Virus genome (UHGV): UHGV-0041836
Source of the DNA: a virus
Length of the DNA stretch: 41,113 nucleotides
Strand: one strand, 5' to 3'
The translations under genes were made by a program, and so were the position numbers. The notes under the pieces are model-generated. The model did not search any database. It saw nothing but the letters and a program-made list of their open reading frames with translations, and was not told the origin of the DNA. Position 1 is the first letter of the stretch; every line of letters starts with the position of its first letter. This document shows positions 1 through 8,520 of this stretch, one piece after another.

Positions 1-49
1 TGACGGGTAAAAAGTGGATAAAATAATTTTACCCACCGGATTTTTACCC

Positions 50-1207
50 ATGCTCACCGTTAAGCAGATTGAAGCAGCAAAGCCGAAAGAAAAACCATAC
101 CGCCTACTCGATGGTAATGGCCTGTACCTTTATGTCCCTGTATCAGGGAAAAAGGTATGGCAGCTTCGCTACAAGATTGACGGTAAGGAGAAAATCCTGA
201 CCGTCGGAAAATATCCACTTATGACTTTGCAGGAGGCAAGAGATAAAGCATGGACCGCGAGGAAAGACATCTCGGTTGGCATCGATCCGGTAAAAGCGAA
301 AAAGGCTTCGTCTAACAACAATTCCTTTAGTGCGATTTACAAGGAATGGTACGAGCACAAGAAGCAAGTCTGGTCAGTAGGCTATGCAACTGAACTTGCA
401 AAAATGTTTGATGACGACATTTTACCTATCATCGGCGGCCTTGAAATTCAGGATATTGAGCCGATGCAACTGCTGGAAGTAATCCGCAGATTTGAAGATC
501 GCGGTGCAATGGAGCGAGCCAACAAAGCCCGCAGAAGATGCGGCGAGGTTTTCCGTTACGCTATTGTCACTGGTAGGGCTAAATATAACCCGGCACCTGA
601 CCTTGCTGACGCCATGAAGGGATACCGCAAGAAGAACTTCCCGTTTCTTCCTGCAGACCAGATCCCTGCATTCAACAAAGCACTGGCAACATTTTCAGGA
701 AGTATCGTATCGCTCATTGCGACCAAAGTTTTACGCTACACAGCCCTAAGAACGAAAGAGCTTCGTTCCATGCTATGGAAGAACGTCGATTTTGAAAACA
801 GGATTATCACCATCGACGCCAGTGTGATGAAGGGACGCAAAATTCATGTGGTCCCGATGTCAGACCAGGTGGTTGAACTTCTCACTACGCTAAGCTCCAT
901 CACCAAACCAGTATCAGAGTTTGTTTTTGCCGGGCGCAACGATAAGAAGAAGCCAATCTGCGAGAACGCGGTTCTACTTGTGATCAAACAAATCGGCTAT
1001 GAGGGTCTAGAAAGCGGTCACGGATTCAGGCATGAATTCAGCACGATTATGAACGAGCACGAATGGCCTGCTGACGCTATTGAAGTGCAACTGGCACATG
1101 CCAACGGCGGATCTGTGCGCGGTATTTACAACCATGCTCAGTATCTCGATAAGCGCAGAGAAATGATGCAGTGGTGGGCGGATTGGCTTGATGAGAAGGT
1201 AGAGTGA
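50..1207 (+). CDS. int: P4-type tyrosine integrase (arm DNA-binding N-domain plus catalytic domain)
   Basis: ORF 14..1207; family-typical start MLTVKQIEAAKPK at ATG 50 (the ORF-track start at 14 is GTG). C-terminal HGFRHEF...Y region typical of tyrosine recombinases. Directly downstream of xis on the same strand. Confidence 0.88.
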   Translation: MLTVKQIEAAKPKEKPYRLLDGNGLYLYVPVSGKKVWQLRYKIDGKEKILTVGKYPLMTLQEARDKAWTARKDISVGIDPVKAKKASSNNNSFSAIYKEWYEHKKQVWSVGYATELAKMFDDDILPIIGGLEIQDIEPMQLLEVIRRFEDRGAMERANKARRRCGEVFRYAIVTGRAKYNPAPDLADAMKGYRKKNFPFLPADQIPAFNKALATFSGSIVSLIATKVLRYTALRTKELRSMLWKNVDFENRIITIDASVMKGRKIHVVPMSDQVVELLTTLSSITKPVSEFVFAGRNDKKKPICENAVLLVIKQIGYEGLESGHGFRHEFSTIMNEHEWPADAIEVQLAHANGGSVRGIYNHAQYLDKRREMMQWWADWLDEKVE

Positions 1208-1358
1208 TCCGCCTTAACAACTATCGAAGAGCACAAAGCCTTGTGTGTCTCATAGGCTATGAAACAATCATTTTACATGGTTACTTCACTACTTCCGCAC
1301 AATATGATATCGTTCACAATCTAAAAACATTAATAATTTATCCATTACCGCGGTTAAT

Positions 1359-1386
1359 GCCCGTCGCTTCCAACGGGCTTTTTTGT
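1359..1386 (+). terminator. rho-independent terminator downstream of int
   Basis: GCCCGT / ACGGGC 6-bp stem with 8-nt loop followed by TTTTTTGT. Confidence 0.5.
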
Positions 1387-1446
1387 AAATTATATTTTTA
1401 TTACCTTATATTAATATTGGTAATATGTCTGCATGATGTTTTATAT

Positions 1447-2139
1447 TTATTGCGTGAGCTTCGCATGATAGCTGGAGCATCTCTTGTCATCACTAATTAG
1501 CTCCGCTTTATCCGTTCTTGCCCATATTATATTTCTTTTTATTATTTTTGCTGGATTACCGGCTGCTGCACACATAGATGGCACATCTTTAGTTACAATA
1601 CTCCCATACCCAATGACAGATCCGCTTCCAACAGATACCCCTTTCATTATAGAGACATTTCTCCCTACCCATACGTAACTAGATATAATGATATCTTTTG
1701 CCCAATTAATCCTTTTTTTGCTATGAATATCAAATATAGGATGCCCATCTGATGCACGCAAAATAACATCTCTTGCTATCATGCAGTCATGGCCAATTGT
1801 AACATTGCACTTATCAGTGACGACTTCAAAACCTGCACCTATTGTCGTTCTTCTACCGATAATAACTTTTGAACCTTTTGTTGCGACAATATCACCTTTA
1901 ATCTTACTGTTTTTATGTATTCTTACGTAATTATTATCACCCCTAAATATTACGGTAAGCCATCGACACTCAACATCATCTTCTATAATAAGTTTGTTAT
2001 TGTTTCCATTGAACTGAACTTTATTCTCTTTGCTATTTACAAGATCTCCACATACAAAAATATTACCTGATCCATTATCATCAACGGAAAACGAGTCTTG
2101 AGTCTTGAGTCTTGAGTCTTGAGTCTTGAGTCTTGACAT
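1447..2139 (-). CDS. neuO: hexapeptide-repeat (left-handed beta-helix) O-acetyltransferase, NeuO-like polysialic acid O-acetyltransferase, phase-variable
   Basis: 230-aa ORF beginning MS(RLKTQDS)x2 encoded by heptanucleotide repeats; hexapeptide acetyltransferase-like body (VIIGRRTTIGAGFEVV, VWVGRNVSIMKGVSVGSGSVIGYGSIV); AT-rich codon usage; AGGA RBS 8 nt upstream of ATG. Confidence 0.85.
   Translation of the reverse strand: MSRLKTQDSRLKTQDSFSVDDNGSGNIFVCGDLVNSKENKVQFNGNNNKLIIEDDVECRWLTVIFRGDNNYVRIHKNSKIKGDIVATKGSKVIIGRRTTIGAGFEVVTDKCNVTIGHDCMIARDVILRASDGHPIFDIHSKKRINWAKDIIISSYVWVGRNVSIMKGVSVGSGSVIGYGSIVTKDVPSMCAAAGNPAKIIKRNIIWARTDKAELISDDKRCSSYHAKLTQ
2093..2134 (-). repeat. 6 tandem copies of heptanucleotide AAGACTC (coding strand) at codons 2-15 of neuO; contingency (phase-variation) tract
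   Basis: Plus strand shows GAGTCTT x6 immediately 5' of CAT (ATG on minus strand). 6 copies = 42 nt, so the reading frame is maintained. Confidence 0.95.
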
Positions 2140-2292
2140 ATTAGTATCCTACGTTATTTTACCACTAGTTACTTTTCTTGTCATTAAAAAGCATTTAAAT
2201 TTTTATATTTAATTTCGTTGACGTCAATGTTTTTTGCCAATGTACTTACTTCTTTATGTGAGCAGTTCATATTTTTGACGCCAACGAAACAT
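2140..2292 (-). promoter_or_regulatory. AT-rich neuO upstream region with candidate -10 (TAAAAT) and RBS; contains TTGACGTCAA palindrome
   Basis: Intergenic 153 bp between tailspike stop and neuO start; promoter elements are guessed by eye only. Confidence 0.35.
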
Positions 2293-5241
2293 TTAGTGCT
2301 TCCCTTCTATTAAGTCTAACCTAGCTTTTATTCTTTCTATTTCTCTGCGCTGCCATGCCGCCTCGATATAGAATAAGAGATCAGGTCTGACCCCCCATCT
2401 AGATCCTGCTGGCGTTATTTCAACGCGCTCAATGATGTCTTCCATTACCATCACTGGATTATCATCCTCATCAACAATGATGCTCCCGTCATTATCAGTC
2501 AGCGGCATTTCCCTTTGGCCAGTAATGACGTCATCATATACTGCGGGATAATCGTCATAGCAAAGAAACGCATAGCGGCATGTTGTGCTTTCTTCTTCCA
2601 TGAGTCCGTGAGAAATAAGAACATCACGAAGTTGCTGCGCGATTACACCATGATGTATCCTCGCCCCTTCTTCCCCCTTTATAGCGACAGCGTTCAGCCA
2701 TTTATAAGCGATATACCTGACGTCACCCCAGGCATCCAGCAATGCTTCGTCAGGAGAGACCGGCTCTGTCTTTAATGTTCCGTCACTGGTAACCACAGGA
2801 TTGGAGCCAAGATAAACTGTCGAGAACCTGTTTCCCGGACCACCAAGAGCATTTACATTATCAAGATAAGGTTTAACATCTCCGTTCTCAAAAAGATGTT
2901 CGAGTGCGTTATATACCGCGCGACGTGGAGTACTGCTTCCGGAACCATGCAACGTTATCATTGCACCATCTGCTGAAGACGTTGTTTCACCGCCGCTAAC
3001 GATTAATCTCTGAGCGGTAACATCATCAGACGGTACTTTCTTCGCAATAATGGCGTAATTACCCTCAAGTTTGACTTCCGCGCGAACTTGTCCTGATGTA
3101 CCTGCATGGACAGTCAGTGACTGGACGGCAACATCATCTGTGAAATCAACGGGTACAGGAACCGTCCTCACGCCTGACGTCGACATAAAAGTAGGAAGCG
3201 TTCTGTTAGGAGTGGCTCCGTAGACAAAATCCCTTGAAACAAATTCTTCCTGTTTAATTTTCACCCTGAAACAATACAAATCAGCCGGGTGACCATCGTG
3301 AACATAAGGATATTTTCTGTTGTTATCCCCTATGCTCCATGGGTTTAGAAAGTCTTCCCCACCGAAAATGTAGTACAGCCAGTTGTCTTTGATACAAACT
3401 GAACCAACACCAACCGCAGAGTTAACTATTCCGCCCTGATAAATCTGATCAGTAACATTAACCCACTCTACATTATCCAGACTCCACTCATTGACGTTAA
3501 CTCTGGTCATAAATGTTCTTGGATAGTTTCCTGCATAACGGTTATCAGGTTCTCCTCCTTCCCACTCACCAAATGCGCGCTCACTGCCAAAAATAATCAG
3601 CTCATCGCCAACTTTGGCAAAAGGAAGGTTTGAGTGATGAACATTATTTGGGAAGCGAAGAGAATTCCATGATGTACCTAAATCAGAGCTTCTGTGCAAT
3701 GAACTACCGGGTTGAGTACTTAATGTCCCCCTGGTCGTCAGATACAGAATGCCATCATAATATTTTACACATGGCTCAGATGCATTCGCCTCATATTCTG
3801 CAGGTATGCGTCTGCGAACAAAGCTACCAGGAGAACCGAAAGCATCAGAGAAATAGAGTATCCCAAGCTCGCGTGGACCAATATCACCATTATGGTAGCC
3901 AACAGCAAAACTGTTATCGCTAATCGTCGCAAAACTGTGAATCTCAGTAACAGGAGTGCTTCCGTCAACAAAAGAAGGAATAGTTCCAAGACTGGTTTTT
4001 CTCCATGGTGACGAGTGAAATGATGTACCAAAACTCCAGTATCTACCCTCGTTATTCTGATCCACATCCTGGGTATTTTGCGTCGTAACTGTAAAAGTAT
4101 TTTTATCAATAACAGTAGTCACCGTCATATTCCCGGTAACACCTGTAACACCAGAGTTTGAGAAGTTGACAAAATCACCAGCAAATAATCCGTGATCAGT
4201 AATGCGAATATAAGCGACTTGCTGATTTGCTGCTTTCGTTATACCACCATAAGCGCGAAGGCTGCGACTCATTGGGCGATCCCACAACTCTGCAACCTGC
4301 AGTTTATTTCCGCTCACGGTCCGCGTCTCAATTACAGCAAAAAGGCGATTTCTGACAACCCCCATACTCATGCAGTGATAGTTAACTGTGGGATAGTTTT
4401 CATGTAAATCTGTAAGCCATTCCGGCGTTGTCCAGGTCCTCCCGTCATCTCCTGAGCGAACCCATGCAACATGGAGGTTATTTACACCATGGCGGTCTCC
4501 AGCCATAAAAGGCGCATAGATGACATTGTCATATACAAACGTTTTATCCTGCGTCCAGGCGTTGTACCACGGTGTATCTGTAATTTTAAATAACTCTCCC
4601 TGGATAAAATCTTCAGAAGCATAAAAAAGAGGCTGACCCGGTATTCTCTCAAATAAAAAACGAGCATTTTTAAATCGACTGACATCTGGAAGAGTTGATA
4701 CTTTAAAAGTAAGCCCTCGCCCATCTATCTTTTCACCACCTGTTGCAACAGAAAGTAATTCTGATAGAGCTGATGTATCATCATGAACACCATCACCAAT
4801 AGCCCCCCAACCTCTTACATCATAACTGTCTCTCCATCTTGCTATCTGAAGTTTTGGGTATTTATTCGCTCCATCTGGGTCTTCTAATTGCTGCCGTAAC
4901 TGATCAGGATCATACTTCAGCACATTCGGAAAATAGAACTGCTGCACACCATATGCATCATAAACAGCCATAGAATGGCCCTGTACAGTAACGAATTTGG
5001 CAATCTGTCCGTTATATACCGGATATCCAGCAGCGTTAATGATGATTGGTTGCGAAACAGGAACGTGAGAACCGTCTTCATTCTCCACATAAACCTGAAT
5101 CTGGTTTTCAGGATTTACTGGGTCAGTGTCAATTTTACCGATATAAATCTTTCCATTAGCTACGGCTTTAAAAGAACGAGCCATAGTGAAGAGTTGCGAA
5201 GGCATGCTTACCACAACATTGGCATTTATTGAATCTGTCAT
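2293..5241 (-). CDS. tailspike: P22 gp9-like N-terminal head-binding domain, endo-N-acetylneuraminidase (endosialidase)-like central domain, C-terminal intramolecular-chaperone (peptidase S74-like) domain
   Basis: 982 aa; N-terminus [61 protein letters not shown] closely matches the P22 tailspike N-domain as recalled; Asp-box motifs SGDDGRTW and SSDLGTSW; C-terminal region resembles autoproteolytic chaperone domains of K1 endosialidases / T5 L-shaped fibre (from memory). Confidence 0.85.
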   Translation of the reverse strand: MTDSINANVVVSMPSQLFTMARSFKAVANGKIYIGKIDTDPVNPENQIQVYVENEDGSHVPVSQPIIINAAGYPVYNGQIAKFVTVQGHSMAVYDAYGVQQFYFPNVLKYDPDQLRQQLEDPDGANKYPKLQIARWRDSYDVRGWGAIGDGVHDDTSALSELLSVATGGEKIDGRGLTFKVSTLPDVSRFKNARFLFERIPGQPLFYASEDFIQGELFKITDTPWYNAWTQDKTFVYDNVIYAPFMAGDRHGVNNLHVAWVRSGDDGRTWTTPEWLTDLHENYPTVNYHCMSMGVVRNRLFAVIETRTVSGNKLQVAELWDRPMSRSLRAYGGITKAANQQVAYIRITDHGLFAGDFVNFSNSGVTGVTGNMTVTTVIDKNTFTVTTQNTQDVDQNNEGRYWSFGTSFHSSPWRKTSLGTIPSFVDGSTPVTEIHSFATISDNSFAVGYHNGDIGPRELGILYFSDAFGSPGSFVRRRIPAEYEANASEPCVKYYDGILYLTTRGTLSTQPGSSLHRSSDLGTSWNSLRFPNNVHHSNLPFAKVGDELIIFGSERAFGEWEGGEPDNRYAGNYPRTFMTRVNVNEWSLDNVEWVNVTDQIYQGGIVNSAVGVGSVCIKDNWLYYIFGGEDFLNPWSIGDNNRKYPYVHDGHPADLYCFRVKIKQEEFVSRDFVYGATPNRTLPTFMSTSGVRTVPVPVDFTDDVAVQSLTVHAGTSGQVRAEVKLEGNYAIIAKKVPSDDVTAQRLIVSGGETTSSADGAMITLHGSGSSTPRRAVYNALEHLFENGDVKPYLDNVNALGGPGNRFSTVYLGSNPVVTSDGTLKTEPVSPDEALLDAWGDVRYIAYKWLNAVAIKGEEGARIHHGVIAQQLRDVLISHGLMEEESTTCRYAFLCYDDYPAVYDDVITGQREMPLTDNDGSIIVDEDDNPVMVMEDIIERVEITPAGSRWGVRPDLLFYIEAAWQRREIERIKARLDLIEGKH

Positions 5242-5327
5242 TTAATTTGCTCCAGATACAAGGAATCACCGAAGCATGGCTACGATGAATTTTGGGCATA
5301 AAAAAANNNNNNNNNNGGATAATTTTG

Positions 5328-5356
5328 GGAAAAAAAAAACCCCAGCCGAAGCTGGG
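5328..5356 (-). terminator. rho-independent terminator after ant (minus strand)
   Basis: CCCAGC-CGAA-GCTGGG hairpin with run of T on the minus strand (A-run 5328-5339 on plus); adjacent to a 10-N gap at 5307-5316. Confidence 0.5.
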
Positions 5357-5375
5357 TTGTCGCGTTGGTTATCTG

Positions 5376-6305
5376 TCAGTAGTTATGTACTGAAGGAGGT
5401 AATTCTTTATTCTTAAGTCTCATCCATGCGGAAAGATTCGTTGGTCCGTCTGGCTCATTGATATCAACATCTCGTGTGTGGTTTATTAAAACGTCTCTTG
5501 CCATTCCGATAACATACGAGAACTCATGGCCATAGTCGTAGCATCTGCCGGAATAGTTCGATTGAATTTGTTTTAGCGCCGGATACAGTTCGCGGAATAA
5601 TGCCTGTGCGCGGTTGGCATAATCCCATAACCATACAAGGCTGTTTGCTTCTTTTGCAGAAAGCTCGTTTGCTTTCTTCTCTTGTTTGCCGATTAACTCG
5701 CCTTCAAGCGGAACGCGAGCTGCAAGTGACAGAGCTTCGGTAAACTGCTCATCGCTGATTTCTTTGTATGAACATCCAAAATGGGATTTCAGTGACGACC
5801 ACATGGTGATCATCGCCTTAGCCTGTTTTTCCTTTGGCAGAGACTGACCGCGACTCATGACGAGTTGTTTAATGGCTTCCTGCTGTTCAGTGGTGATTTT
5901 ACCCGGCAACGCCTTTTTAGCTTTGCGTGGGTTAACTACATGGCCTTTAGTCCAGTATTCGTAGAGCACATCGTCACACTCTTCCTGATACTGGATTACC
6001 TTGTCGCGGATTTCAGGGCGGACTTTGTTAGGGCTAATGGTTTGCAGCCAACCTGCAAGTTTGCGAAGTGCCAAACAAATAATCTCACGGCGCTGTTCAT
6101 CACTAGGAAGCTGCATTGTGATTTTCACAATGGAGGTTTTAAACCGCTGCTTCATTTTCGTAAACTGTGAAGCCCAATCCATACCCATGCCTTCAACGAT
6201 AGGTTTCATTGGGGTATACGGTTCGCCGTTGTGATTGACAACATAAAGCTCTGCGCCGTGGAATGGTACATTGATAGTAGATACTGCTGTTGCTATACTT
6301 TTCAT
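5376..6305 (-). CDS. ant: antirepressor Ant (P22 immI-type)
   Basis: 309 aa, N-terminus MKSIATAVSTINVPFHGAELYVVNHNGEPYTPMKPIVEGMGMDW typical of P22-like antirepressors; sits downstream of arc. Confidence 0.8.
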   Translation of the reverse strand: MKSIATAVSTINVPFHGAELYVVNHNGEPYTPMKPIVEGMGMDWASQFTKMKQRFKTSIVKITMQLPSDEQRREIICLALRKLAGWLQTISPNKVRPEIRDKVIQYQEECDDVLYEYWTKGHVVNPRKAKKALPGKITTEQQEAIKQLVMSRGQSLPKEKQAKAMITMWSSLKSHFGCSYKEISDEQFTEALSLAARVPLEGELIGKQEKKANELSAKEANSLVWLWDYANRAQALFRELYPALKQIQSNYSGRCYDYGHEFSYVIGMARDVLINHTRDVDINEPDGPTNLSAWMRLKNKELPPSVHNY

Positions 6306-6538
6306 GTCGTTAATTCCTATGCGTGGTTTTACGATACCGAAGCCCTGACTGTTCCCGCAGTTGGGGCTTCACTGTTTTGATTTCTTTGCCGCATCAAGCA
6401 TCACTTCTGAAAACGTGCGCTTGCCACTGAATACTCTTTCTCTTCTCAATTTTTCGTTCGTGCCAAATGATTCGCCATGAACAAAATTTGGTCTTAAAAT
6501 GGTAATCGCAATCTCTTTGACTACTGCATCCAAGCGAA

Positions 6539-6727
6539 TCACACCGTTACCCCCTCTCTCTTCAGGCTGTCTATCAGGCGCTTGATAACCTCTGAGTTAA
6601 ACGACCTGCACTCTTCCTTTGCCCTGCTACCGATAGCATCCTTTAACGACTGCGGCATCCTTACCAAAATCTTACTTATTTCTTTCTCCATGTTACCCTC
6701 CACACAAACAACTCTTTTCGAATACAA
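6539..6727 (-). CDS. arc: Arc-like ribbon-helix-helix repressor
   Basis: 62 aa; MPQSLKDAIGSRAKEECRSFNSEVIKRLIDSLKREG resembles P22 Arc (RHH fold, ...GRSVNSEI...); divergent from mnt. Confidence 0.8.
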   Translation of the reverse strand: MYSKRVVCVEGNMEKEISKILVRMPQSLKDAIGSRAKEECRSFNSEVIKRLIDSLKREGVTV

Positions 6728-6805
6728 AAGATAGCAAAGTGAGTATATCTAGTCAAAATTTTTTTGCATACACTTTGATATCAAATTGAATACCAAAGGT
6801 GTGAT
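6728..6805. promoter_or_regulatory. divergent Pant/Pmnt-type promoter-operator region between arc and mnt
   Basis: 78-bp AT-rich intergenic region between divergently transcribed RHH repressor genes; operator positions not resolved. Confidence 0.5.
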
Positions 6806-7054
6806 ATGGCAAAGGGTGTGTCAATTTCTCCAACTACGGTAAGAATCCCTGAATCTTTACGCGAGGCTCTTGCTGTCAGAGCATCAAAAAATGGTCGCTC
6901 TGTTAACTCCGAGATCGTCATGATTTTGCAAGCCGCGATTGATGAAGATAGGTCGCCAAAGTCAGTTGAGTCATTTGCTCAGCAAGAAGCTGACAAATTC
7001 AAAGAGGCGCTGCTTGAGACGCTAAAGACCATGTATGGTAAGGATGAAAAATAA
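6806..7054 (+). CDS. mnt: Mnt-like ribbon-helix-helix repressor
   Basis: 82 aa; RIPESLREALAVRASKNGRSVNSEIVMILQAAI resembles P22 Mnt N-terminal RHH DNA-binding domain. Confidence 0.8.
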   Translation: MAKGVSISPTTVRIPESLREALAVRASKNGRSVNSEIVMILQAAIDEDRSPKSVESFAQQEADKFKEALLETLKTMYGKDEK

Positions 7055-7590
7055 TGCTGCACACAATTCATTTCTTATGCCCCGTTAACACTGCCACTGT
7101 TGGGCAACTTCAGAACCACTGTCTCACCGCATTATCTCAAGGCGCAACTGAATTAAATATCCATATATCAAGTCAGGGAGGGGAAACTGCCGCTGGCTTT
7201 ACTGCGTATAACTTTCTTAAGTCACTCCCTGTTACCGTTAGAACTCACAACATAAGCAATGTTGAATCCATAGCTAATATCGTTTTCCTGGCTGGCTCAG
7301 AACGTTTCGCAAACCCATTATCAAGATTCCTGTTACATCCTCTATTATGGGGCTTTGCCTCCCCAGCCGCCGACCATGCCAGATTGAGAGAGTACGGGAA
7401 ATGCCTCGATAACGATCTTGATCGCTTCGTTGAGACGTTCAATATCGACATCGGAACCCATATTAGGTGGGCATCCCTGATAGCAGACTCGACCATTTTG
7501 GATGCTAACAAGGCTCTTGAGCATGGCATAATTAATTCCATAAAAACTGCAAGGCTGGCATCCAATCAGGCAAACTGGTGGGTTGTTTGA
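7054..7590 (+). CDS. ClpP-fold (S14/S49-like) serine protease homologue, translationally coupled to mnt
   Basis: 178 aa; ELNIHISSQGGETAAGFTAYNFL aligns with ClpP YINSPGGVITAGMSIYDTM; candidate catalytic Ser in NVESIANIVFLAGS (cf. ClpP GQAASMGAFLL) and His in LLHPL (cf. MIHQP). Start ATG overlaps mnt stop (TAATG). By-eye alignment only. Confidence 0.6.
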   Translation: MLHTIHFLCPVNTATVGQLQNHCLTALSQGATELNIHISSQGGETAAGFTAYNFLKSLPVTVRTHNISNVESIANIVFLAGSERFANPLSRFLLHPLLWGFASPAADHARLREYGKCLDNDLDRFVETFNIDIGTHIRWASLIADSTILDANKALEHGIINSIKTARLASNQANWWVV

Positions 7591-7615
7591 TGGGTAAATC
7601 ATGATTACTCCTTAT

Positions 7616-7644
7616 AAAAAACCCACCTGACGGTGGGTTTTATT
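7616..7644. terminator. bidirectional rho-independent terminator between the convergent ClpP-like and toxin-like genes
   Basis: AAAAAA-CCCACC-TGAC-GGTGGG-TTTTATT: perfect 6-bp stem flanked by A-run and T-run. Confidence 0.6.
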
Positions 7645-8065
7645 AGTGCTTGTATAGCTTGAACTCCCTGTCGAGCCATAAGACATAAAAAGTGGCTCCT
7701 ATCTTATAACCAACCATAGGTGCCTTAGAGCAAAATCTGAACGCAATGAAATCCACATCTTGAGTAACATGCTTAGGAATCGGAGCCTTTATCGCGTTTC
7801 TGGCAATTTTTTCCGTCCCAAGCCCGTGTTTATCAGATTTTCGTATCTCATCCCATGACATCTGACTTAACCTGAACAGCCTATCTGCAAATGCTGCCTT
7901 TTCATGCTTTTGGCAGCAATCTAGGCAATACCCCTTTTGTAGGTATCTAAGAGAAAATACAGGCGGACTTTTGTCTACATCATGAGATTCGTGATGGATA
8001 GAGAGGCCAACAGTAGCAGAGCTCTCTTTATCCCTCTGTTTTATTCTTCCCTTAACTCTAGACAT
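7643..8065 (-). CDS. uncharacterised 140-aa protein, candidate toxin partner of the upstream Panacea-domain protein
   Basis: ORF begins 5 bp downstream of the Panacea-domain ORF on the same strand; Cys-rich (CLDCCQKH); no family recognised by eye; an R-x4-H (RKSDKH) is noted but not diagnostic. Confidence 0.5.
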   Translation of the reverse strand: MSRVKGRIKQRDKESSATVGLSIHHESHDVDKSPPVFSLRYLQKGYCLDCCQKHEKAAFADRLFRLSQMSWDEIRKSDKHGLGTEKIARNAIKAPIPKHVTQDVDFIAFRFCSKAPMVGYKIGATFYVLWLDREFKLYKH

Positions 8066-8070
8066 ACACG

Positions 8071-8520
8071 TCAGTTAATTAACGTTTTGAAAAAACCTTT
8101 CATAGAATCAAGTGTGATTTCTTGGCTAACCGCACCCTCAATGTAAGCATCTTTCCATGGCTGCTCTTCGTGAGTCATATTGCGCAGTTTCCAGGCAGAA
8201 AACTGACCATAAACTTTATACACCTCATCCAGCAATTCAATTTCATCTTCACTGAATTTTTTAGCGTCAAAGTTTTCTGGCGCAGGTAAAGCTCCGTTAC
8301 CACAGTCCCTATATTTACGATACAATTCAGGAACTACTGGCCCATGCATCCAGGCTTCAATTTTCTCATTAAATAGCGGCTTACCCAGAAGAACCAGAGA
8401 AAACCCTTGGGCATAATACGTCAACTTCTGAATTTTTAGGTTAGAGATAATGTCGCCACTTTCTTCATCGCAATGCGCCAAGAAGTAGTCGGCGACATCA
8501 AAACAAGTGAGCATAAACAT
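8071..8520 (-). CDS. Panacea-domain (DUF4065, SocA/GepA-like) protein, candidate antitoxin
   Basis: 149 aa; DVADYFL...ISNLKIQKLTYYAQGFSLVLLGKPLFNEKIEAWMHGPVVPELYRKY matches the DUF4065/Panacea signature (LKLQKLLYYAQGW...GPV.P..Y) as recalled. Confidence 0.7.
   Translation of the reverse strand: MFMLTCFDVADYFLAHCDEESGDIISNLKIQKLTYYAQGFSLVLLGKPLFNEKIEAWMHGPVVPELYRKYRDCGNGALPAPENFDAKKFSEDEIELLDEVYKVYGQFSAWKLRNMTHEEQPWKDAYIEGAVSQEITLDSMKGFFKTLIN

Noticed and set aside
143-367. 74-aa minus-strand ORF inside int
   Set aside because: Fully antisense to the well-supported integrase gene; no RBS or family signal; typical spurious antisense ORF.
1204-1678. Two plus-strand ORFs (1204..1500 and 1484..1678) overlapping the int-neuO intergenic region and neuO
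   Set aside because: AT-rich low-complexity translations; the second is antisense to neuO; the first spans a terminator.
2093-2134. Tandem repeat considered as a possible CRISPR or minisatellite
   Set aside because: The unit is 7 nt with no spacers and lies inside a coding sequence immediately after the start codon; it is a contingency-locus repeat, not a CRISPR array.
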